Shown: piece after piece, positions 37,304 to 44,662 of the stretch
How positions within the stretch are numbered: the first letter of the stretch is position 1
Layout of the letters: every line of letters begins with the position of its first letter
Source: a virus
Lineage: Duplodnaviria; Heunggongvirae; Uroviricota; Caudoviricetes
IMG/VR virus record: IMGVR_UViG_3300028833_000054
Span: 246,482-310,481 of that record
Length of the DNA: 64,000 nucleotides
Direction: 5' to 3' (one strand)
Translations under genes and position numbers: made by a program
The notes under the pieces: generated by a model
Databases searched by the model: none
What the model saw: the letters and a program-made list of their open reading frames with translations, nothing else
Told to the model about the DNA's origin: nothing

Positions 37304-37885
37304 TTATTCAACAGGCTTAACTTCACCAGTTACTCCATCAACTGCTACGAAATTAGTTCCGGTAGTTCCAAAGATATACAACGGAGTAAATGAGTCTGCG
37401 TTAGCAGGACGGCGGAAGGTCATCTTGTCTCCTGCAGGAAGTGTTACCAATGAGTCTGCAGCTGCCTGATAAAGCTTCTCAACTGCTGCGTCAAAGTCCA
37501 TGACAAGGTCTGGATGTTCAATATTAAAATCTCCAAGCCACTTTCCGAACTTCTTCTCAACTACAACCTCACCAGTCTCCCAAGTTCTGGTCTTAAGGAA
37601 TACTGTGTCTTCAACAGCATAGACAGTCATGCTTGAAACAATTGCAAGGTCTTCAGGTGCTGTCTCTGCAACATTTCCATTGAGAACAGTCTCAACCTCA
37701 TAAAGAGCGACGTGAGTGCTGTCATCTCCCAAAGACTGGACGTACTCATAGTCTTCCATCAAATAATCCTTAAATGTTGGAACAGCAGGCACAGGTTCTG
37801 CACTAGGCTTAAGAATGAGTACCAATCCAACTACGACAAGGCAGAGTGCTGCGATTGCCAAAATCCATTTCATTGAATTCTTCAT
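37304..37885 (-). CDS. Membrane-anchored or secreted protein with PepSY-like C-terminus
   Basis: N-terminal hydrophobic helix; C-terminal FVAVDGVTGEV. Confidence 0.7.
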   Translation of the reverse strand: MKNSMKWILAIAALCLVVVGLVLILKPSAEPVPAVPTFKDYLMEDYEYVQSLGDDSTHVALYEVETVLNGNVAETAPEDLAIVSSMTVYAVEDTVFLKTRTWETGEVVVEKKFGKWLGDFNIEHPDLVMDFDAAVEKLYQAAADSLVTLPAGDKMTFRRPANADSFTPLYIFGTTGTNFVAVDGVTGEVKPVE

Positions 37886-38179
37886 AATAAAAAATGTTTA
37901 ATTTAACTTAATATTCTTAATATTATATACTTAACAATGCAGAGATATTTGTCTACATCAGAATATCTTTGTATTTATCTGACAAAAAAGAGAAGCCGAA
38001 GCTTCTCTTAATTTAATAACCAAGGAACTTTATCAGGAATCTTGCTAACATATACCGAACTTGTGGCCCTATCTCCGAATCATAGGTTTTTGATAATAGT
38101 GGGCTTTCTCCTTCGTTACTTGTCATACTTATCTTATCCAACAACTTGTTACGTCCATATACTGCTTCCCACAACCATT

Positions 38180-38263
38180 AGAGAGTGTACTTAGTGTGAA
38201 CCTTTCCGAACTATTCTTGTTTGCAACCAAGAAGTGCCTGTCAATTCAGGTGACTGCTCTCCC
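38180..38263 (-). ncRNA. Degenerate tRNA-Cys-like RNA (G TTGCAAA C loop)
   Basis: GGGAGAG/CTCTCT ends, CCTG/CAGG hairpin, TTCTT/AAGAA stem with TT GCA AA loop; no proper T arm. Confidence 0.35.
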
Positions 38264-38296
38264 AGCTTGTTCCACTATCGTCTTCTTAGCTATTTG

Positions 38297-38381
38297 CACA
38301 CGGAGTAGGATTCGAACCCACGCGAGATTTTCATCTGTCGGTTTTGGAGACCGATGCCATCAACCACTAGGCTATCCGTGT
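38297..38381 (-). tRNA. tRNA-Trp(CCA) with a long variable arm
   Basis: TCGGT CT CCA AA ACCGA followed by CAGATGAAAATCTCG; A1-U72, G73. Confidence 0.8.
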
Positions 38382-38385
38382 ATTT

Positions 38386-38541
38386 AATCAGACTATAGCC
38401 AGGATTCTGTCATTTAAGATTGTCATTTAACTTTTCGTCTTACCCTGGTAGCAATAATTTGGGTAACCACCTATACTTAGACTTTCACATCCAAATCTGT
38501 GTCCTGAACTTCCTCTGTTTCCAGCGACAATCCATCTGATT
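38386..38541 (-). ncRNA. rnpB: Minimal RNase P RNA-like (catalytic domain only)
   Basis: P1 AATCAGA/TCTGATT; P2 GATTGTC/GACAATC; P3 CTG GAAA CAG; P4 GAGGAAGTTCAGGA with ACAGAATCCTGGCT; L15-like GGGTAAGAC. Confidence 0.75.
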
Positions 38542-38549
38542 ATTTATTG

Positions 38550-38622
38550 AGCCCCTTAGAGGAATCGAACCCCCATCTTCTCATTACGAAAGAGATATAC
38601 TCAACCGTTATACTAAAGAGGC
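38550..38622 (-). tRNA. tRNA-Thr(CGT)
   Basis: Loop TT CGT AA. Confidence 0.85.
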
Positions 38623-38627
38623 AAACC

Positions 38628-38808
38628 AAAAATCATTCATGCCTTATCGCAGCGCTACGATTAGCAGTTTTATCAGTAGTCGACCTTACTTAATAGCAAC
38701 TCCCTAACAAGGCTGGCACGGGATTTAACACTATTAAGATACATACCAGTTCGTCGTCATCCGCCTCAGAACAGGCCTTGAACCTGCAATTTCTACCGAA
38801 TGATTTTT
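38628..38808 (-). ncRNA. Candidate permuted tRNA-like RNA in an 11-bp closing stem
   Basis: AAAAATCATTC/GAATGATTTTT; T arm GCAGG TTCAAGG CCTGT near the 5' end. Confidence 0.45.
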
Positions 38809-38813
38809 TTGTG

Positions 38814-38888
38814 AGCTCCTAATCGGATTCGAACCAATACTTAAGCTTTACAGGGGCCTCGTGCTCAGCCATTAAACACCATAGGAGC
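38814..38888 (-). tRNA. tRNA-Thr(TGT), C33
   Basis: AGGCC CC TGT AA AGCTT. Confidence 0.7.
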
Positions 38889-38975
38889 AATTTAGGGGAC
38901 GCTGTGGCCCTCGCAACCACATCTCTGCAAAACTGACAGCATCTTTAGTCTACCTTAGACGAAGCCTCCCATATG

Positions 38976-39050
38976 TACTCCACCTCGGATTCGAACCGAG
39001 ACTGAAGGGATTTTAAGTCCCATGCCATCTTCCAGTTGGGCTAGTGGAGC
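38976..39050 (-). tRNA. tRNA-Leu(TAA), short variable loop
   Basis: TGGGA CT TAA AA TCCCT, 5-nt variable region. Confidence 0.82.
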
Positions 39051-39055
39051 ATTCT

Positions 39056-39127
39056 TCCGGCACTCTGCCTTTTGAGCTACCCGACCGCTTAATGGCCGGG
39101 GTAAGATTCGAACTTACAACCACCGGA
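39056..39127 (-). ncRNA. Circularly permuted tRNA opened at the anticodon loop
   Basis: TCCGG - V - GTAAG TTCGAAT CTTAC - CCCGGCC ATTAAGC GGTCGGG - TA GCTC AAAAGGCA GAGT G - CCGGA. Confidence 0.75.
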
Positions 39128-39133
39128 GTTCCG

Positions 39134-39206
39134 AGCTCAAAGACAGAATCGAACTGTCATCTCATCCTTACCAAGGATGCGTACTCAACCGTTATACTAT
39201 AAGAGC
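39134..39206 (-). tRNA. tRNA-Thr(GGT)
   Basis: Loop TT GGT AA. Confidence 0.9.
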
Positions 39207-39211
39207 ATTCG

Positions 39212-39282
39212 TATCCCCAAGCAGACTCGAACTGCTATCAAGAACTTAGGAGATTCTTATTCTTCCGTTGAACTATGGGAAT
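39212..39282 (-). tRNA. tRNA-Arg(CCT)
   Basis: Loop CT CCT AA. Confidence 0.88.
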
Positions 39283-39285
39283 ATT

Positions 39286-39365
39286 TGGTGGGGCCGACCA
39301 GAATCGAACTGGTGCTAACGTCCTGGCTCTTCAGGCCAGCGCTCTACCTGCTGAGCTACAACCCC
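39286..39365 (-). tRNA. tRNA-Phe(GAA)
   Basis: Loop CT GAA GA; CCA. Confidence 0.9.
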
Positions 39366-39373
39366 AATTTAAG

Positions 39374-39446
39374 TACCCCAGGAGGGAGTCGAACCCTCAG
39401 AAACTTGGTCCTTAGCCAAGCGTGTCTGCCATTCCACCACCGGGGC
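39374..39446 (-). tRNA. tRNA-Leu(AAG), short variable loop
   Basis: CTTGG CT AAG GA CCAAG. Confidence 0.82.
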
Positions 39447-39550
39447 ATAAAATAAGATAACCGTAGTTGAGTTTGTCCAAGGACTTCTATCTGCCATATT
39501 TTCTAGAGCTCAACATAGTGGCATTGATTACGTCCATGCAGTTATCTTAG

Positions 39551-39691
39551 TGGGGAGAGTTAGATTTGAACTAACGACACGGTCCTTTCAATGGAACTTC
39601 GAAGTAACTTTGACAATGACTATCTTTTCAGAAGAAAACTTGCAAAGCAAATTTTCGTTTTTACCTGCTCTACCAACTGAGCTATCTCCCC
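39551..39691 (-). ncRNA. tRNA(Phe-type body)-Y-module chimera (insertion in the anticodon arm)
   Basis: GGGGAGA/TCTCCCC, normal D and T arms; insert TTTTCT TCT GAAA AGA TAGTCA..TTACTTCG. Confidence 0.8.
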
Positions 39692-39708
39692 ATATTTCAA
39701 ACAACTTG

Positions 39709-39781
39709 CGGGCATAACCGGACTCGAACCGGCACCACTCACCGTGACAGGGTGGCATTGTTACCATTCAACCATACGCCC
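39709..39781 (-). tRNA. tRNA-Asp(GTC)
   Basis: Loop CT GTC AC. Confidence 0.88.
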
Positions 39782-39789
39782 ATTATTAG

Positions 39790-39863
39790 CGGGGATGGAG
39801 GGACTCGAACCCACAACCGTCGGCTTAACGGGCCGCTGCTCTCACCATTATAGCTACATCCCC
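39790..39863 (-). tRNA. tRNA-Asn(GTT), C33
   Basis: Loop CC GTT AA. Confidence 0.85.
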
Positions 39864-39866
39864 ATT

Positions 39867-39944
39867 TGGCAGGAGCTGAAAGACTCGAACTCTCATCGTG
39901 CTGATTTGGAGTCAGCTGTTTTCAACCAATTAAACTAAGCCCCC
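39867..39944 (-). tRNA. tRNA-Trp(CCA)
   Basis: Loop CT CCA AA; G73, CCA. Confidence 0.9.
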
Positions 39945-40151
39945 ATGAGCGCCACTTAATCACTTTTCAGTAGGCTGGCTAACCTGATTCATTTCTTATC
40001 TCTCCTCCACCCGCTAGCGCGTTTCAGAATGTTAAAGAAACGTTTCCGATTAATAACACATTTTTGAAAGTAATAACGGGTAGCTACTCCCTCCTTTCGC
40101 AAACAAGATGCAGCACCAAGGGTCTTGTTGTCTCCTATGACTGCTTTCTAG

Positions 40152-40226
40152 TAGAGCCCTCCGGACTCGAACCGGAACTCTCCTGTGTATCAGACAGACG
40201 TGTTAAACCTGTTACACCAGGGCTCT
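40152..40226 (-). tRNA. tRNA-Ile(GAT)
   Basis: Loop CT GAT AC. Confidence 0.9.
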
Positions 40227-40231
40227 ATGTG

Positions 40232-40303
40232 TGGTCCCATCGGGACTCGAACCCGAATCTGATGATTAAGAGTCATCTAGACTAACCATTATCCTATGGA
40301 ACC
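40232..40303 (-). tRNA. tRNA-Lys(CTT)
   Basis: Loop CT CTT AA. Confidence 0.9.
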
Positions 40304-40393
40304 ATTATAGTATGTTAAAGAACTTTCAAAAACTCGGTTTTGTCGCAGGTGGTTGTTATTACTACCGAGAAACCCTATCTCTGCAACCTTAAG

Positions 40394-40480
40394 TGGTGGG
40401 CCAGGCTGGACTCGAACCAGCAATGTTTCATAGTGACGATTTTACAGACCGTTGGGATCACCAATTACCCGCACTGACCC
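40394..40480 (-). tRNA. tRNA-Tyr(GTA)
   Basis: Loop CT GTA AA, long variable arm, CCA. Confidence 0.9.
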
Positions 40481-40487
40481 AATTATT

Positions 40488-41192
40488 TCATTCTTCTAAC
40501 AATTTTCCCATACATCCTTTTCGCGGTTTATAACCAGTTCTACCTAATCTCCAACCATCATTTAAATATTCATCTAATTTTTTCTTATCTAAATATTTAA
40601 CTACACCATTTCTATTTACCCATATCCTGTCATTTGTAGAATCTTTAGGAGTCATGGTTTCTCTTATTTTATTTCTTGATTCATCAGAATGATTTTTATT
40701 TGTCCAATTAGTGTCATACAAATCCATATTATTCATATACTCATCTTTGTCTATCAAATAAAAAGATTCTTGAACATTTTTTCTTTTTACAGCAACCTTT
40801 CCTCTAGTTGGAGAATAAATTTTAAGCTCTTCATTAATAATTCTTTCATCTTCCCTTGGAATCATAAATCTATTTCCGCTAGAATCTTCAACTACTACTA
40901 AACCTGTAGTGTTAATGGAACGGCCGCCCATTTGAATATTATAGCATTCATTGGATTTAATAAGTTCCTCATTAACTACTTCTGCTTCATATTCAAATGC
41001 TTCTTCAGCAGTATCAAAAAATTTCAAAATTTCTTTTGTAAAGTTTTCAATACCATATTTTTGATATGCAACATGAAGCTTTGTTCCACTTCCCATATAT
41101 CCGTCTTCCAAGTTATCAGTATTATGAACTCCATAATAAAAATGGTTATTCAATGTATTGGTTATCTTGTAGAAGTAATGATATTTTTTCAT
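40488..41192 (-). CDS. GIY-YIG (Seg-like) homing endonuclease with NUMOD3-like motif
   Basis: YFYKITN..YYGVH..YMGSG; E catalytic helix; NKNHSDESRNKI. Confidence 0.85.
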   Translation of the reverse strand: MKKYHYFYKITNTLNNHFYYGVHNTDNLEDGYMGSGTKLHVAYQKYGIENFTKEILKFFDTAEEAFEYEAEVVNEELIKSNECYNIQMGGRSINTTGLVVVEDSSGNRFMIPREDERIINEELKIYSPTRGKVAVKRKNVQESFYLIDKDEYMNNMDLYDTNWTNKNHSDESRNKIRETMTPKDSTNDRIWVNRNGVVKYLDKKKLDEYLNDGWRLGRTGYKPRKGCMGKLLEE

Positions 41193-41265
41193 AAAGTTTT
41201 ACAGTTGTTTTTATATTTATCTGTAAATCTTTTTGAAAATTTGCTATTTCAATGAACTCTTTAGG

Positions 41266-41354
41266 TGGGTGCGGTCAGATTCGAACTGACATTGTTTACC
41301 CTGAGGGAAAGGTTTTACGGACCTTTGGAGCACCCCCGTCGCTCCTGCACACCC
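41266..41354 (-). tRNA. tRNA-Tyr(GTA), C33
   Basis: AAGGT CC GTA AA ACCTT, long variable arm. Confidence 0.85.
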
Positions 41355-41361
41355 ATATTTG

Positions 41362-41422
41362 GCAGTTTTTTAGCGGATACTGCCAACGCCATTCAGCAGT
41401 TTTAGCGGATACTGCCAACGCC
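41362..41422 (-). repeat. Tandem duplicated hairpin (27-29 bp x2)
   Basis: GGCGTTGGCAGTATCCGCTAAAA(AA)CTGC twice. Confidence 0.8.
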
Positions 41423-41424
41423 GG

Positions 41425-41508
41425 TGACCCCGATGGGACTCGAACCCATAACACCCGGTTTAAAAGACCGGTGCGCTCGCTATTGCTCACCATTTGCGCC
41501 ACGAGGCC
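41425..41508 (-). tRNA. tRNA-Lys(TTT) with enlarged D loop
   Basis: CCGGT CT TTT AA ACCGG; D loop AAATGGTGAGCAATAGCGA. Confidence 0.82.
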
Positions 41509-41657
41509 ATTCCTATTTCTGCGACCTCGTTTGCAAGAGGTCAATCAATGTTTCTGTTTATAATGTTTCATTTTCTATTAAATCTAGTTTGTGTTACAAA
41601 TATATGAATTATTTCTCAAATCCCAAAATATTTTTTAACTTTTTTCAAAAATTTTTC

Positions 41658-41735
41658 TGGTACCCCTGGCGGGACTCAAACCCACATGTCTTTTCGTTCG
41701 TAGCGAAATATGTTATTCATTTACACCACAGGGGC
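41658..41735 (-). tRNA. tRNA-Arg(ACG)
   Basis: Loop CT ACG AA; CCA. Confidence 0.9.
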
Positions 41736-41805
41736 ATATTGTAAAAAAATTAGAGCTCCTCAATCTTGCAATGAAGGAGCTCTTTCTATCTTATGCTAAT
41801 CTCTA

Positions 41806-41907
41806 TCACATATGCTCTACTTCATCGACCTCTCGACATGTAAAATAACGATCCCAAAATAAATTATTGGTACCATTAATTCGCTTATATGTATAGAATT
41901 TAGTCAT
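41806..41907 (-). CDS. 33-aa small protein
   Basis: MTKFYTYKRINGTNNLFWDRYFTCREVDEVEHM*; same promoter/terminator layout as the 53-aa ORF. Confidence 0.4.
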   Translation of the reverse strand: MTKFYTYKRINGTNNLFWDRYFTCREVDEVEHM

Positions 41908-42036
41908 TGTTTCTAAGTTTTTAAAGTTATTTGTAAATTTTATACGACAAATATACGAAAGATTTTTTAAATCCCAAAATAAATTTTAATATTTATTACG
42001 ATTTTGTGAGAAATTTCTCACATTTTCTATTTTAAT

Positions 42037-42066
42037 AAAAAGGGAGTTCAAATTGAACTCCCTCTC
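42037..42066 (-). terminator. Intrinsic terminator
   Basis: GGGAGTTCAA/TTGAACTCCC hairpin plus U-tract. Confidence 0.75.
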
Positions 42067-42067
42067 T

Positions 42068-44521
42068 TTAGAACATCCACTCAAGAAGCTTGGTGTAGTC
42101 AGCAGCAATATCATCATATGATATCATCATGACATTGTCCTTCAGCTTCTGATAGGTCTCCTTCAGAGTTGAGAGGTTGTCCTTAAGGACCTCTTCCTTT
42201 TCAGGATTAGCCTTGATTGTCTCTTCATACTGAGCAATAAGCTCCTTGTAAGCCTTGGCCTGGTCTTCAAACTTCTGCTGCTGAGCAAGGAAGTCCTCAT
42301 GAGAAAGGACGGTGACAGAAGCTCCACGAGCATTGCAGTTCTTCTGAATAAGAGAAAGCGCATTGAAATAACGGTGGTCATTCACGTATCTCTTGATGAT
42401 GTCACCATATCTGCTAACACCAACAGAAGCAACAGGAATACCTGCATAATCTTCATCAACAACGTACATGCACATCTCCTGTAAGTCGATGATAGTCATG
42501 ACGATGTTAGTGCAGACAGAAGTGAGTCTGAACCCAGTAGTGATAGTGTCAGGAGCCCAAGTTGTCTCACGGGGAGTTCCCATCTGAGAGCGCTCCATGA
42601 CTCCAGCCCATGCATCTTTCTTAGCGAATCCCTGACCGTCATAGTCATTGACGTTCGCAATGATATAACGTACACCTGCAGCGAGAGCTCCATTGATGTC
42701 GACATCAATATACTCTGCACAATTTCCTACACGGTGGCGGACGTCACCAGAGAAGACAGCCCAATCTCCCTGCTTGTAATAAGTGTTCCAAGAAATTGAA
42801 GTGAGATACTTGAAATTGCTGTCAAACATCTGAGTTGAAAGATCAAGGTCATAACGACCCATCTTATCAACCCAACGGCAGTACAGACGGAAGATTCCAG
42901 TGTTGTTCTGAATCTTAATCTTAGAGCCGCGTGCCATCTGACCAGGCATGAAGTTCATGCTTCTCATATTCTTAGGAAGAGCGATTCCCTCAAGTTCCTT
43001 GTCAAGATAGACAAGCTTCTCAGTCATAGCATCCTTCAAAGCGAATCTCTTCATGAGAACGTCATCAAGACAAAGCATAAGCTTGAAGAGGACGTCATCA
43101 TTAATTTCAGGAAGACAAGGAAGAGCAAAAGGCTTTCTTGCACCCTTGATAACAATGACACGGTTGCGGCGGATCTCGTCATCATTACGAGTGTAGAAGT
43201 GGTCAAGCAACTCGTAAATCATCTTGGTAGAAGACTTCTCGAGAGCATTGCGGACTGCATCGAAAATCTCATCAGTCTTCTCAGGATTGTTTCTAAGAAG
43301 GTTGTCGACGTTTCTCAACAACTCACCAGGACGCTCCTTGTAAATTGAAAGGAGGGAGTCGAAGTCATTGGTCTCACGAGCTGCACGAAGTCTTCCTCCA
43401 TAAGTCTCGATGTACTGTCCAGAATTACGGACAAGGGTGAACATCTCAACAGTCTTAGGGAACTTCTTAGCATATTCACCAGGGTGAAGGATTTCACCTA
43501 GACGGGTCCAACGGCCAAGATACTTCTTCATGTCTGCAGCGACATTGTTCCACTTGGAATGAGTGATGACATATTCCATCATCTCAAGAATGTCCTTTCT
43601 CTGACCACGAGAGAACTTCATGAACTTGAAAGGCTTACGAGCGGCAGCAAGTCTCTCTTCGTAGTACTTGATATATCTGTCATAGTATCTTGAATCTCTA
43701 GACATAATCCTAGAATCCCAACCGAAATCAAGAATACTAGGAAGTGCAGGCAAAGAAACGTCACCTCCTGAAATATACACTGCATATCTAAGGACATCGG
43801 TGATAGTCTTTGGCATGTATTCAGAAGTATTTGCAAGCACAATACAAAGTGTCTCCTTGAAAGGAATAACCTCAGGGAAGACATCTCCAAAGCTTGCACC
43901 AAGCTCCTTGTAATGTCCACAAAGATACTCAACTGCCTTCTTGTCATAATCAGTCAAAGACTGCTGACCAGAAAGGACATTCCTGAAGTACTGAGCGAAA
44001 TCAGCATGGCTGATAGGCTTGATGAGCTTATATTCGTCACGAAGAACACGGCCGTCATAATTACTATGAAGCAAAGCTAGCTCTGCGTCATCGCAAGAAG
44101 GCATTGCAGGAGAATACTGACCACCAGAGAGATAGTGGAAAATCTGGTGAATGAACATCTCGAACTCACTCATCTGAAGGACAGTGTGAGGGAAGTCTCC
44201 GAAAAGAGAAACGAAAGTTCCGTCACCATATGCATCAGCGAGATAGTTCGCCAAGTCGTTGGAATAATCTTCCAACTCGTCATCATTCATAACTGCAAGA
44301 CAGCGAAGCGCTTCCTCACTGAACATATAACCATATCGCATCACCTCAAGCTGGAGGTTGAGAATAATAGGACGGTGATTGATATTCTCAAGAAGAACAT
44401 CATACTTATCCTCCTCTTCAACAGTAGGATAGTTCTTAGTCAAAAGATAGCTCTTGTTAAGAGCGATAGTGTTGAAGTTCATGTTCTGCTCAGTGGTCTT
44501 TGCAATCTTAGGTGCAATCAT
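42068..44521 (-). CDS. Large helical (possibly Rot/TROVE-like) protein with C-terminal TerD domain
   Basis: C-terminal DLDLS..FD..SWN..FSGDVRH..AEYIDVD matches TerD; long helical N-terminus; Rot/TROVE relationship is inferred. Confidence 0.7.
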   Translation of the reverse strand: MIAPKIAKTTEQNMNFNTIALNKSYLLTKNYPTVEEEDKYDVLLENINHRPIILNLQLEVMRYGYMFSEEALRCLAVMNDDELEDYSNDLANYLADAYGDGTFVSLFGDFPHTVLQMSEFEMFIHQIFHYLSGGQYSPAMPSCDDAELALLHSNYDGRVLRDEYKLIKPISHADFAQYFRNVLSGQQSLTDYDKKAVEYLCGHYKELGASFGDVFPEVIPFKETLCIVLANTSEYMPKTITDVLRYAVYISGGDVSLPALPSILDFGWDSRIMSRDSRYYDRYIKYYEERLAAARKPFKFMKFSRGQRKDILEMMEYVITHSKWNNVAADMKKYLGRWTRLGEILHPGEYAKKFPKTVEMFTLVRNSGQYIETYGGRLRAARETNDFDSLLSIYKERPGELLRNVDNLLRNNPEKTDEIFDAVRNALEKSSTKMIYELLDHFYTRNDDEIRRNRVIVIKGARKPFALPCLPEINDDVLFKLMLCLDDVLMKRFALKDAMTEKLVYLDKELEGIALPKNMRSMNFMPGQMARGSKIKIQNNTGIFRLYCRWVDKMGRYDLDLSTQMFDSNFKYLTSISWNTYYKQGDWAVFSGDVRHRVGNCAEYIDVDINGALAAGVRYIIANVNDYDGQGFAKKDAWAGVMERSQMGTPRETTWAPDTITTGFRLTSVCTNIVMTIIDLQEMCMYVVDEDYAGIPVASVGVSRYGDIIKRYVNDHRYFNALSLIQKNCNARGASVTVLSHEDFLAQQQKFEDQAKAYKELIAQYEETIKANPEKEEVLKDNLSTLKETYQKLKDNVMMISYDDIAADYTKLLEWMF

Positions 44522-44550
44522 ATATCTTATTGTTTAGAGTTCATTAAAAA

Positions 44551-44634
44551 ACAGCGGATAGTAGAAAGGTGGAAACATCGTAATAACAGAATAATAACTG
44601 AATGATTAGAAGTAACCGAATCTGTAGCCGCTGT
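44551..44634 (-). ncRNA. Variant Y-like hairpin RNA 1 upstream of the TerD-domain gene
   Basis: ACAGCGG/CCGCTGT, CTAC, GTTACTTCT, 3' ACTAT. Confidence 0.6.
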
Positions 44635-44662
44635 GTAAAAATATTAAACGTTAAACATAAAG

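Noticed and set aside
38895-38970. tRNA-Sec or opal suppressor (TCA seen in a loop)
   Set aside because: Anticodon and T arms are malformed (TTGCGAGGG loop, 10-nt ASL); at best a pseudo-tRNA.
26886-39620. CGAAGTA..TGACTAC repeats as CRISPR repeats or DNA operators
   Set aside because: Dispersed, always embedded in paired stems with compensatory changes and tRNA arms; better explained as RNA modules.
21437-41744. Many ORF-track ORFs across the RNA island (e.g. 22153, 23188, 29234, 31226, 32657, 33920, 34362, 41296)
   Set aside because: They overlap tRNAs or structured RNAs and show no protein motifs.
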